Origin: a virus
DNA length: 64,000 nucleotides
IMG/VR virus record: IMGVR_UViG_3300037137_001027
Location: 32,001-96,000 of that record
Direction: 5' to 3' (one strand)
Shown: positions 22,589 to 32,019 of the stretch, piece by piece
Layout: each line of letters opens with the position of its first letter
Position numbering within the stretch: the stretch's first letter is position 1
The notes under the pieces: model-generated
Told to the model about the DNA's origin: nothing
Database searches by the model: none
What the model saw: only the letters and a program-made list of their open reading frames with translations
Program-made: the position numbers and the translations under genes

Positions 22589-23455
22589 ATGGCTATTCAT
22601 ATTAGGGAAATCGCTGTCTCTGCTACTCCTACTGAACAATGGACTAAGTTCAAGTATGCCCGCTGTCCATTGTGGATTGATGAAACCCAAGGTCAATGGC
22701 TCGCACGTTTTAATGGCATGGTGCTACCTACGCTCTCAGGCGTTGAGCCTACGCCGCCGACTGTCCTTGCCCTGGAAGATGAATTTCCATCGCTTCGCCC
22801 CTATCTGGCGAATTCCGAAGACAGAAAGAAGTATAATCTCTGCAATGATCCTAAATTTGCCAAAGAACTTCTATCTGTCCTTTCTGGCCTTGTAAGCAAG
22901 AATAAGAATTGCGTCTTCTTGCGACCTGATAGCCGCAAGAAAAATTGCCGCAAGCTGACCGAGATTTTAAGTGGAATGGACCAGCATATCAAGTTTGATA
23001 TGCTCACCTACTTTGGAGCGCTGGATAAGGCTCTCTTTGGTGACAGCACTAAGAATCAGATGAAGACGGTAAAGGAAGTTCTGCTTGACGGATACCGCAA
23101 TAAGGATGCTTATGCAATCTTGGTGACTGGTAGTGGTCGCAGTAAATACGGGGATTCCTTCCCGAACATCATGTCTTATCATTTTGATTTCTATAATTCT
23201 CCCTTTAATTGGGAGAGTTTGCGGCAAGCAACGATTGGCCGCTCTTGCGGATTCTTTAAGGATTCTTTCGTCTACATGCGAAAGAATCTGGTCCGTGAAT
23301 GGAATTATTATTATGCCAATGGTTGTAAGGACGACCGCGTTGATGGACGCGACCCTAGCAATCGTTCCAGGCATTATCTCAATAAACGTCGTCGTGGTCG
23401 GGCTTCGCTAACCGCTCGCATTAACTTCCAAGATTGGAGTAGCTTCAATGCGTGA
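22589..23455 (+). CDS. SF2 helicase-like C-terminal half
   Basis: AVSATP (motif III), RQATIGRSCGF (motif VI-like); GAGGTG RBS. Confidence 0.55.
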   Translation: MAIHIREIAVSATPTEQWTKFKYARCPLWIDETQGQWLARFNGMVLPTLSGVEPTPPTVLALEDEFPSLRPYLANSEDRKKYNLCNDPKFAKELLSVLSGLVSKNKNCVFLRPDSRKKNCRKLTEILSGMDQHIKFDMLTYFGALDKALFGDSTKNQMKTVKEVLLDGYRNKDAYAILVTGSGRSKYGDSFPNIMSYHFDFYNSPFNWESLRQATIGRSCGFFKDSFVYMRKNLVREWNYYYANGCKDDRVDGRDPSNRSRHYLNKRRRGRASLTARINFQDWSSFNA

Positions 23456-24233
23456 TATTAACTCTTCTGATATTCAGACCGATTTGATTAAGGATATTCA
23501 GAAGAACTTATGGGAGAATCTGAATAATTCTAAATTTAAGCGGCTGCAAGCCCCCGCCCAAGTTGGCGCTGCTGATATGCACTTTTATAAAAAAGTGTTT
23601 CCTAACGACGTTTTGAAAGCGTTGGAGTCTACAGGCACCGTCTTTTCTTTATGGGGAACAGTAATCACGCTTAAAAAGCGTAATCGTCCTAACCAAAAGC
23701 TTTATATTGGGTGCGGTCCTGATGGCTTTGCACCTGTCGGCCTTCGGTGGTGTCGGGACGCCACGGAATGGAAGCAAACAAATAAGCAGACTCGCCAAGT
23801 GGATAAGAGAGGCAATATCCAGATTTGGCGACCGCAGATTATCGTTACCATGCGGCCACAACATCTTTATGATAAGTGGCGCAATGATTCTTATTTTACT
23901 TCCGACAATGACAAAAGTGGCGGAAGTCGTAAATTCATTACAAGCCGTATCATCGCTCAACCCGAATGGAAAGATGTTAAAATTGTGCCGCTCCAGGTAA
24001 CACTCAGGATCACTAGCCATAGTAGCCACAGCTTCCCCACAGAAGCCTTGCAATACTCTAAAGGTATTGAAACCACAGAAGAGAGTCGGCATCATCATGA
24101 TGATGAAGAGTTTCTTAAGGATTCAGATTTCAAATCAAGACTTGGCAACGAAGAAGGACATATTAACGGGATGCTGGACTACCTGCGTAAGATTAACAAG
24201 CAGTATAACGAAGAGGTTGGCGTATCATGGTAG
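23448..24233 (+). CDS. hypothetical protein
   Basis: 261 aa, start overlaps upstream stop. Confidence 0.7.
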   Translation: MRDINSSDIQTDLIKDIQKNLWENLNNSKFKRLQAPAQVGAADMHFYKKVFPNDVLKALESTGTVFSLWGTVITLKKRNRPNQKLYIGCGPDGFAPVGLRWCRDATEWKQTNKQTRQVDKRGNIQIWRPQIIVTMRPQHLYDKWRNDSYFTSDNDKSGGSRKFITSRIIAQPEWKDVKIVPLQVTLRITSHSSHSFPTEALQYSKGIETTEESRHHHDDEEFLKDSDFKSRLGNEEGHINGMLDYLRKINKQYNEEVGVSW

Positions 24234-25174
24234 ACTGGACATTACGAAACAATAAACGTTTCCAAAGAGAACAACTCTTCGTTGGCGTGCCGCCTGTCAC
24301 TAACTACCTGACCCTTCCAGGGAACCAGGCGCTTGATGTGATTGAAGGGGCAAGCGAAGGAATTCTTACTAAGGGAACGCATATCTGCGCTGCCGAACGA
24401 GATAAGGAAGCCTATAAGGAAGCCAAAATTTGGTTCCGTGACAATTGGCCTGGGACAGTAAGTTTTTTCTGTGATGATTTACACCAGCTTAAACTAGACC
24501 GTCCTTATGATCTAGTCTTTCTGGATTATTTGGGCAATATCAGTCGAAGCGGAATTACATGGATGGAATCGGAATTACAGAATAATTTGGCTCCACTGGC
24601 ACGGGTTGCTCTTACCACTCTCAAAAGTTTTCGTGGCAATAAATTCTTTGCTCATTTGTATGGTAAACTCCATCAGGAATTGCCAGCACTAATGAAAAAA
24701 GATGCTATTACCTGGAGAGATAGAGGAAGTTATCCGATAAGTATGCTAGGGTATTTGTCGGTCTATAGCGTCTTGCTAAAGACGTTTATTTTCACCAGGA
24801 ATGTTTACCATATTTCTGCTTATTTTTATGGTGAAAACACTGCATCGGTTATGATCTTTTTCACCATTGATTTTAAGGAAGGGGTCCGCTGCCTAACACC
24901 AGAAGAAATACACGCTCAGCAAATAATTAGTGGCGTTTTAGGTTGTTCTGTTTCTAAACCATTTTCAGGAGAGGTTCCAATGGCAACAGCTAGTGAGTAT
25001 GTGGATAAGTTCTTGGCCGCTCCCAAGACTTATGACAGTATGCGGGGCTTGAAAGCAAGCCTCACTAAGTTCTGTGAGAAGAAAGAGCGCGAGACTGGTA
25101 CACCCGCTCGACGTTTTCGCGCCGCTATCAAGGCGGTCATTACCCGTAAGGGTGGCGACTCAAGCAGCTTGTAA
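24227..25174 (+). CDS. SAM-dependent methyltransferase-like protein
   Basis: YLTLPG, CAAERD, YDLVFLDYLG. Confidence 0.55.
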   Translation: MVDWTLRNNKRFQREQLFVGVPPVTNYLTLPGNQALDVIEGASEGILTKGTHICAAERDKEAYKEAKIWFRDNWPGTVSFFCDDLHQLKLDRPYDLVFLDYLGNISRSGITWMESELQNNLAPLARVALTTLKSFRGNKFFAHLYGKLHQELPALMKKDAITWRDRGSYPISMLGYLSVYSVLLKTFIFTRNVYHISAYFYGENTASVMIFFTIDFKEGVRCLTPEEIHAQQIISGVLGCSVSKPFSGEVPMATASEYVDKFLAAPKTYDSMRGLKASLTKFCEKKERETGTPARRFRAAIKAVITRKGGDSSSL

Positions 25175-25231
25175 TTGGGGTTGTACTAAACGTGATGGGC
25201 AATCACGTTAAAAGGCCCATAGGAGTTTGAA

Positions 25232-25463
25232 ATGAAAAAAGACCCAATGGTTGTCCTAGAGGAACTTGTCATAAAACATGGCGTTCCTGCTGTAATTAGT
25301 GCGCTGCAAAGCGCTATAACTATGGAATAACAATTACGAAGTATTACCTATTGTAGCAGATGCTTTAGAGGAAGCTGGCTGTACAAATCAAAGTATGTTA
25401 GATCACTTTAGAAATAACAAGGAATGGACAAGGGCTGATTGGTATGTGAGGAAACTTAATTAA
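25232..25463 (+). pseudogene. frameshifted gene with LPIVADALEEAGC motif
   Basis: 32-aa ORF stops at 25330; +1 frame continues LPIVADALEEAGCTNQSMLDHFR with no start of its own ahead of the motif. Confidence 0.6.
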
Positions 25464-25559
25464 CGAAGAACTGCCCGAAGCACTCACTGAATATGAAACC
25501 GAGATTACTGAGTAATTGAGGTTGTACTAATCAGGGCAGAACAAGTCACCTAACTCTTA

Positions 25560-26960
25560 ATGGAGAATAGAACAATGTCTTACCTGATGATTAGGAATCC
25601 TGGCGTTGCTGATCCCTCCGCTTTTACCCTGTTGGGCGTTTCGACTACCCGCTACTCTGGCACCGCTGGCACCATCGGCCAGTATGGTAGCGGTAGCAAG
25701 AATGCCCTGGCCAAGTTGCTGCGGGATAATCATAATCCCGTTATCGTTCCTGGCAATTTGAAGATGGAATTCTTCTCCCGTCCCCGTATCATCGGTGGAC
25801 AGGAATTCAATCAGGTTTGCGTTAAGTATTCGGGCAAGGATTTTGACGGCACTAGCCGCACCTCTACCGAAGACCTTGGCTTCACCCTGGAATGGGGCGT
25901 CCAAGATTGGACCAACATTGCAATGGCGTTTCGTGAATTTGTCGCTAATGCAATCGACGGTGCTACCGTGTCTGGTGGTACTTATAAGGATGTGGAATTC
26001 GAGGTGGTCGATAAGCCCCGCGCCAAGGCTGGCTATACCGCCGTCTTCCTGCCCCTTACTCCTGAAATTCAGGAATGCTGGAAGCAGTTGGGTACTCTTT
26101 TCCTTCATTTCTCTCAGCCGCATTTGCTCGGCTCTAAGATTCTCCCGAAACTCAGCACTGGTAAAAATGTCCTAATCTATAAGAAGGGCGTCCTCGTCTC
26201 CCGCGTCGAAGAGGAAAGCGTCTTTGATTACAACTTGGGCGATGAATTGAGCCTGGATGAATCCCGTAATGCGCAAGTTTGGGACGTGCGTTATGCTTGC
26301 TCCAAGGCAATCGGCACCGCTGAAGCTGGCGATTTGGCGAAGATTCTCAAGGCGCAAATTGAAAATCGCAAGGTTTTTGAGAGCAAGTTTGAAACCAGTT
26401 ACGTCCATAATGAATATGATAACAAGGACGTAAAGGATAAGCGAAAGGAAAAGTTCCAAGCTGCCTTCAAGACCGTCGCTGGCAATAATGCCGTCCTTGT
26501 TTCTGGCAAGAAAGCTGTGTCTGATTTCGTCCAGAAAAAGGGTTTTGAGCCTGTTAAGATCGAAGGTAATTGGTTCCAAACTCTTCAGCAGCTAGGCATT
26601 ACGACCGAAGATAATGTCTTGGATGGACTGGAAAAGGAAGGATTCGCTGAGTCCGAAGCGTCTCCCGATATGCTCAAAGCGCTCGATATGGTCTGGAATT
26701 TGCTCGAAACCTATGGTAAACTGAATGGGCGTGAAAAGCCGCCTGTCAAGGGTTTCAATCCCATTATGAGCGCCGAAGCACAGACGGGCGGTATGTACTA
26801 CAAGGGAACCGTATACATTCATACGGACCACGCCACGATGGGTTATATGCTGCTCAAGGTCATGCTGGAGGAAGTTAGCCACCATACGACTGGAGCTACG
26901 GATATGTCCCGCGACCTGCAAGACTACCTGTTCCGCCTGATTGTAGAAACCGCCTTCTAA
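25560..26960 (+). CDS. GHKL/HATPase-like protein with C-terminal metallopeptidase-like EExxH
   Basis: IRNPG...IGQYGSGSK; FREFVANAID; LEEVSHH. Confidence 0.65.
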   Translation: MENRTMSYLMIRNPGVADPSAFTLLGVSTTRYSGTAGTIGQYGSGSKNALAKLLRDNHNPVIVPGNLKMEFFSRPRIIGGQEFNQVCVKYSGKDFDGTSRTSTEDLGFTLEWGVQDWTNIAMAFREFVANAIDGATVSGGTYKDVEFEVVDKPRAKAGYTAVFLPLTPEIQECWKQLGTLFLHFSQPHLLGSKILPKLSTGKNVLIYKKGVLVSRVEEESVFDYNLGDELSLDESRNAQVWDVRYACSKAIGTAEAGDLAKILKAQIENRKVFESKFETSYVHNEYDNKDVKDKRKEKFQAAFKTVAGNNAVLVSGKKAVSDFVQKKGFEPVKIEGNWFQTLQQLGITTEDNVLDGLEKEGFAESEASPDMLKALDMVWNLLETYGKLNGREKPPVKGFNPIMSAEAQTGGMYYKGTVYIHTDHATMGYMLLKVMLEEVSHHTTGATDMSRDLQDYLFRLIVETAF

Positions 26961-26966
26961 TTGATA

Positions 26967-27027
26967 TGGCTTAGAGTTAGGTAGTCGCCCGCCGTTAGGA
27001 GGGGAGAAGACGCCTAACTCTAAGCCA
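26967..27027 (+). terminator. 15-bp perfect stem-loop
   Basis: TGGCTTAGAGTTAGG ... CCTAACTCTAAGCCA; no U-tract. Confidence 0.55.
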
Positions 27028-28826
27028 CCATAATTGGGGTTGTACTAATTGCGGTATGGAGGTAACAATGGAAATTTCTCGACTCCGCGATTCTCTGGTA
27101 GGCAAGCGTTACCGCATCTGCGGTGAACCCGAAAACAAAACCTGGACCGTCCGCGAAGGCAAAGAACCTTGGTGCGAAATCACCGTCAGCGAAGAAGTTT
27201 ATAGTGACAATAAGCCCACTGGCCGATTGCTCGTTACTTCTTTCGGCGGCGAACTCTGGCCTTCCGCATGGCCGTCAATGTTCGCCTGCCACCCCAATGC
27301 CATGACCTCTAATGGCACCATCGTTACTGAAAATGGACGCAAACTCTTGGAGAATGCAAATGAACCGTCGCAAGCTGGAACAACTTAGAATGCTGATGGA
27401 TTGGCAACTTCGTCAGTTGGGCTATGATCCAATTGAAATTACGCGACTCTGCATGAAAGCCGATGAACGGGATGAAAAGGCCACACTAGATGATTTGAGG
27501 AGAAACTAAAATGATCCGTGAAGCAACCTATACCAGCGTGTTCGATGACTCCATTACCTGCACTTCCAAGTGCAAGTATGATACCGATACCAAAACGGTA
27601 ACAGACATTGAAGACGCCGATAACACCGAAGAAGCGGATGACGCTAATGGCCTGACCGATGAATATGTCACCATTGACGGACACCAGCTTCGGGAAGATG
27701 ATGGAATAACTTTCGAGTATTAAGAGGATCAACGTGGTTGTCAAAGCAAAAGACCTGAAAGTAGGAATGAAAGTAGTTGTCGTTGAATTTGGAGAGAGAA
27801 AAGTCTACTCCCTGACCCATGTTCAAGAATTTCCTTCTCTTGCCAAAACCTTTGGTCCAGGCTTTATCGCTGTCGGCACCGCAGAATGGGACCAAGGCAT
27901 TCTAGGCTTAGGTTGCACTTTTGACCTGGATGAAGATATTGAAATTGAATAGTAATTGAACTATAATAATGGGAAGGAGTCTTCAAAATGTTCACTTTAC
28001 TACTCGTAGCGTTCCTTGCACCCGAACCCCTTCCCATGCCCACCCCTGTAGCGGCACCAGCATATTTTGAAATCACCGTTGAGGCCCGCACCCCTTACTC
28101 TCTATTTATAGACGGTAAGCCTATTGAGGCTAATGCCTGTTATAAGACTGAACCCATCACCGAAGTACATTGCGTAGAAATCGAAATTCGATATGTCTGC
28201 GGCGAAGAAGTGATTAAGAAGAAATTCTTTGTGGACCTTGAACCTGGATATAAACATCGCTTTTTAATTTCACTCTCTGCCCGACCTTCTTATGTCTGGT
28301 GTTAATTGAGGTTGTACTAAACGAAGCATGATGCACCATAAGAAGTTCCAAACCAAAAAGGACCAACAAAAAGACCATGCAAAACGGCGGTTTGCCGAAC
28401 GCCTGCGAATTAAGTTCTCCCAATACCTAAACGATCTGCTTCTAAACAAGATTTATACTCAACAGTGTAAACTGGTAGAGAGGCAGTCGCATCGCGTTAG
28501 CGTATTTGAAGTAACTTTTACGCCAAGACCCGTCGATATGCTAGATGGCGCTCCATCCGAAATCACTGTCCATCTTGTGTTTGATAAATTCAGGAAGACA
28601 ATCGTTACCGTTGCCCCACCTGGCGAACCTTTTGATTGTGAGGAAACCTAAATGCAAGATCGCGTTGATACTTTGGAGAAAATCTCTGGCCTTGAAGTTC
28701 GCTGCCGCAAGGAAAAAGCTCAAAATGTATTTGAGTTTTATTCTAATAACAAGTGTGTGAAAGCCTGCTTTACTTACGATAAAGCTAAACTGTTCGCAGA
28801 AGGCATTTGCTTTGGAAAGGAAATCA

Positions 28827-29813
28827 ATGTCCATTCATAAAATCCCCGTCGTCCCCGTTGTCCTTGAAAAACACCCGAACGCTGATTCCCTGTCTCTTGT
28901 CAAGGTGAATAACTTCACCTACGTTGCCCGTACCGAAGATTGGGTTAATAATCCACTCGGCGTCTGGATTGAACCTGATTACATCGTCCCCGCTGACCGA
29001 CCTGAATTCGCTTGGCTTGAGAAATCCCATAAAGTTATTGAAAACAATGGGGTTAAAGGCTACCGAATTAAAGTCAAACGGCTCCGTGGCATTATGTCTA
29101 TGGGCCTCATGGTTCCCGCTCCAGAAGGCGCTAAATTGGGCGATGATTTGATGGAGCATTTTGGTATCGTTCGCTATGACCCGCCTGTGATGTCCACTGG
29201 CGGCGAAGCTACCAAACCGCCCCCTGGCATCCGCTATGTCTATGACGTGGAAAATGCCTATAACTTTGCCCACCTCTTCACCGATAATGAAGAAGTTGTC
29301 GCCACCGAGAAAATCCACGGTGCAAATGCACGCTTCTGCTACACCACCGAAATGCACGCTGGCTCCCGTACCGAATGGAAACGTAATGATCCTAATATCA
29401 TTTGGTGGAAAGCAGTCTCTAATCACCCCGAAGTTGAGGAATTCTGCAAGAATAATCCCAATATCACTGTCTATGGCGAAGTCTACGGCAATGTCGGCGG
29501 CTTCCAATATGGACTGAAAAATAAAATCAGTATCCTCGTCTTCGACCTGCTCCGCGATGGCAACTGGATCGACCATGATGAATCGCGGGAAATTGGTAAA
29601 AATCTTCCTTGGGTTCCCGTATTGTATCGTGGACCGTGGAACAAGGAAGTGCTGTTTGCTCTGGCTGAGGGAAAGTCCGAAGTGGCTAAGAAGAATGATG
29701 CTGACCAGATTCGGGAAGGCATCGTTATTAAGCCTATCAAGGAACGTGGCAACCTTGAGATTGGCCGCACCCAATTGAAAATTGTCTCTAATGCGTATCT
29801 GGAACGGGGATAA
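28827..29813 (+). CDS. RNA ligase, DRB0094 family
   Basis: N-terminal HPNADSL; TEKIHG (motif I); YGE; EGIVIKP; KIVSNAYL. Confidence 0.9.
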   Translation: MSIHKIPVVPVVLEKHPNADSLSLVKVNNFTYVARTEDWVNNPLGVWIEPDYIVPADRPEFAWLEKSHKVIENNGVKGYRIKVKRLRGIMSMGLMVPAPEGAKLGDDLMEHFGIVRYDPPVMSTGGEATKPPPGIRYVYDVENAYNFAHLFTDNEEVVATEKIHGANARFCYTTEMHAGSRTEWKRNDPNIIWWKAVSNHPEVEEFCKNNPNITVYGEVYGNVGGFQYGLKNKISILVFDLLRDGNWIDHDESREIGKNLPWVPVLYRGPWNKEVLFALAEGKSEVAKKNDADQIREGIVIKPIKERGNLEIGRTQLKIVSNAYLERG

Positions 29814-30280
29814 GGCAATTGCGGTTGTACTAATGATGGCAGGAGGGGAAAAATGGATTTTGAAAAACGTAAGCTGACTGATGCGGAATTGTCTGATACC
29901 TGGGAAGCTATCGAAATAATTTGTGGTCAAGTCTATAGGGAAGGACACCGCAACCTGGGCCAGTTTTCTCAAACACTAGACAGGCTCCGTGAACTTGAAA
30001 AGAAAATCAAGTGGCATGAAGTGGCCTGTACCATCGAAAAGGGAGAACAAAAGTGAACGCCACTCTTACCGCTTGCGACAAGGATTCGAGCGCTGGCTAT
30101 GTCGATACCCTTCGGTTTGAGAATAAGGAACAATTCCTTGAACGATATAATGAATTCAAGGAAAATGTCCCGTTTTCTCGCTGGTATGTCGAAGTCGAAA
30201 GCGAAAACGACGAAGTTGAATCTTGGCTGGAAGACTAATAATTATCCTTCTTATCTGCATAAATACAATAAGGAGGATAT

Positions 30281-30469
30281 ATGAAACTTAAAATCGCACC
30301 TGATTCACAGGCCCACGTTTTTGAACTCGCAGTCCTAGCCGCCCTTGGCGCTGGATTGACAGTAATTGCTACTAACCTAGCAGGCTTGAACTTGGGCGCA
30401 TGGTCAGCAATTGTCTCGGCGGGCCTTACAATCGCAATGTCCCTAATCAAAAATATCGAAAATAGCTAA
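30281..30469 (+). CDS. small 2-TM protein, holin-like candidate
   Basis: two hydrophobic helices; ATAAATA at 30259 and AGGAGG upstream. Confidence 0.5.
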   Translation: MKLKIAPDSQAHVFELAVLAALGAGLTVIATNLAGLNLGAWSAIVSAGLTIAMSLIKNIENS

Positions 30470-30535
30470 TGTAAGCTATAATCACCCCATGAACAAGAGT
30501 ACACCACTCTTGTTCTGTCGTTTAAGGACGCAATA

Positions 30536-30838
30536 ATGCTTTCTAAACCCATTAGAGACGTGGCCGAAACCATTGGCCAATTCTATCTCCAAAAGAATAA
30601 CGGCGACTATGCCGCTACTGCCCAAGAAATCGCCAATCTCCGCATCGTTAAATTAGACCCAACAGGGGATTCAGTATCAATTACCACTGGTCGCCCTGGT
30701 ATCCTAATTGGCCGACGTGGAATAACCATAATTGCTCTATCCAAATTCATCCATGAAAAAATGCAGTTGAAAATCAAAATCATCGAAGATACCGATAATC
30801 TGCAAGATTGCCTGACACCACGAAGAGATGACTATTGA
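30536..30838 (+). CDS. KH-domain protein (ribosomal S3-like KH)
   Basis: ITTGRPGILIGRRG. Confidence 0.7.
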   Translation: MLSKPIRDVAETIGQFYLQKNNGDYAATAQEIANLRIVKLDPTGDSVSITTGRPGILIGRRGITIIALSKFIHEKMQLKIKIIEDTDNLQDCLTPRRDDY

Positions 30839-30873
30839 GGTTGTACTAATCAGAGCATAGAAAGGAGGACACC

Positions 30874-31563
30874 ATGAACATTAAGTTGTACCGTGTTGGC
30901 GGATTTGTTCGGGATGAACTCCTGGGCGTCCGCTCCAAAGACCTAGACTTCGCCGTTGAAGCTCCGTCCTACGAAGCTATGGTCGAATGGGTCCGAAGTC
31001 AAGGTGAGATTTATCTTGAATCTCCCCAATTCTGGACCGTTCGCGCCCACATCAAGGGCAAATTGCCAGCAGACTTCGTTCTCTGCCGTAAGGACGGCCA
31101 GTATTCTGACGGACGTAGACCCGATAGCGTTAGTGTCGGTACTCTATTCGATGATCTTTCGCGTCGAGACTTCACCATGAACGCTATCGCCGTGGACGAA
31201 ATCACTGGCGAATTTATCGACCCGTTCAACGGTAGAATTGATCTTGAAAACCGACTCATTCGTTGCGTCGGTAAGGCTTATGATCGTTTCTTCGAGGACT
31301 CTCTGCGTCTTCTTAGAGCTATCCGCTTCAAGATTGTTAAGGGTTTCAATTTGCACGAAGATGTTGTGGATTGTCTTCATAATGAAACGCTTGCGGAACG
31401 GCTTGCTAACGTGAGCGATGAACGCAAGCGGGAAGAATTGCACAAGTGTCTGGCAAATGATACTCCCGCCACGCTTGCTCTACTGGCCGAATTCGACCTT
31501 ATCACTAAGGCTGTTTTCGGCTCTAGGAAGCTGTGGCTCATGCCAACCATGCGTGATGCGTAA
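30874..31563 (+). CDS. cca: tRNA nucleotidyltransferase (CCA-adding/poly(A) polymerase family)
   Basis: VGGFVRD, DLDFAV, DLSRRDFTMNA, EDSLRLLRAIRF. Confidence 0.9.
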   Translation: MNIKLYRVGGFVRDELLGVRSKDLDFAVEAPSYEAMVEWVRSQGEIYLESPQFWTVRAHIKGKLPADFVLCRKDGQYSDGRRPDSVSVGTLFDDLSRRDFTMNAIAVDEITGEFIDPFNGRIDLENRLIRCVGKAYDRFFEDSLRLLRAIRFKIVKGFNLHEDVVDCLHNETLAERLANVSDERKREELHKCLANDTPATLALLAEFDLITKAVFGSRKLWLMPTMRDA

Positions 31564-31608
31564 AAACAGGGCAGGGGACCGCAAACCCTGCCCCATTTAG
31601 GAGAACAA

Positions 31609-32019
31609 ATGAAAACCAATTTGATTGGCGTTGCTGTTAAGACCCATTTGACCAGCACAACCGATGAAACCGTTGCCACCATTCGCGGTATCTATCGCAA
31701 GAATGGTTATACAATGACCATCCTTGTCGATGGTAAGGGCAAACTTTACGACCATATCCCTGTCGAAAAACTTACCCTTATTATGGATGAACGCCAATGG
31801 AGCGTCGTCCTTTATTGGGGTATTAACGACAAGATTAAGGCTATTAAAGCCATTCGTTGTATTACTTCAATGGACCTGAAGGCCGCAAAGGAACACGTTG
31901 AAGCACATCCTAATTGCGTGCCAATCAAGGATAAATTGACCCACGAAGAAGCCCAAGAAATCAGGCGTCGTATTAGCCAAGATGAAAGAATGGAATGCGA
32001 CGTGAGGAAGGCAATCTAA
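31609..32019 (+). CDS. protein with ribosomal L7/L12 C-terminal-like domain
   Basis: KIKAIKAIRCITSMDLKAAKEHVE. Confidence 0.65.
   Translation: MKTNLIGVAVKTHLTSTTDETVATIRGIYRKNGYTMTILVDGKGKLYDHIPVEKLTLIMDERQWSVVLYWGINDKIKAIKAIRCITSMDLKAAKEHVEAHPNCVPIKDKLTHEEAQEIRRRISQDERMECDVRKAI

Noticed and set aside
28824-29972. 382-aa minus-strand ORF
   Set aside because: Antisense shadow of the RNA ligase; no motifs.
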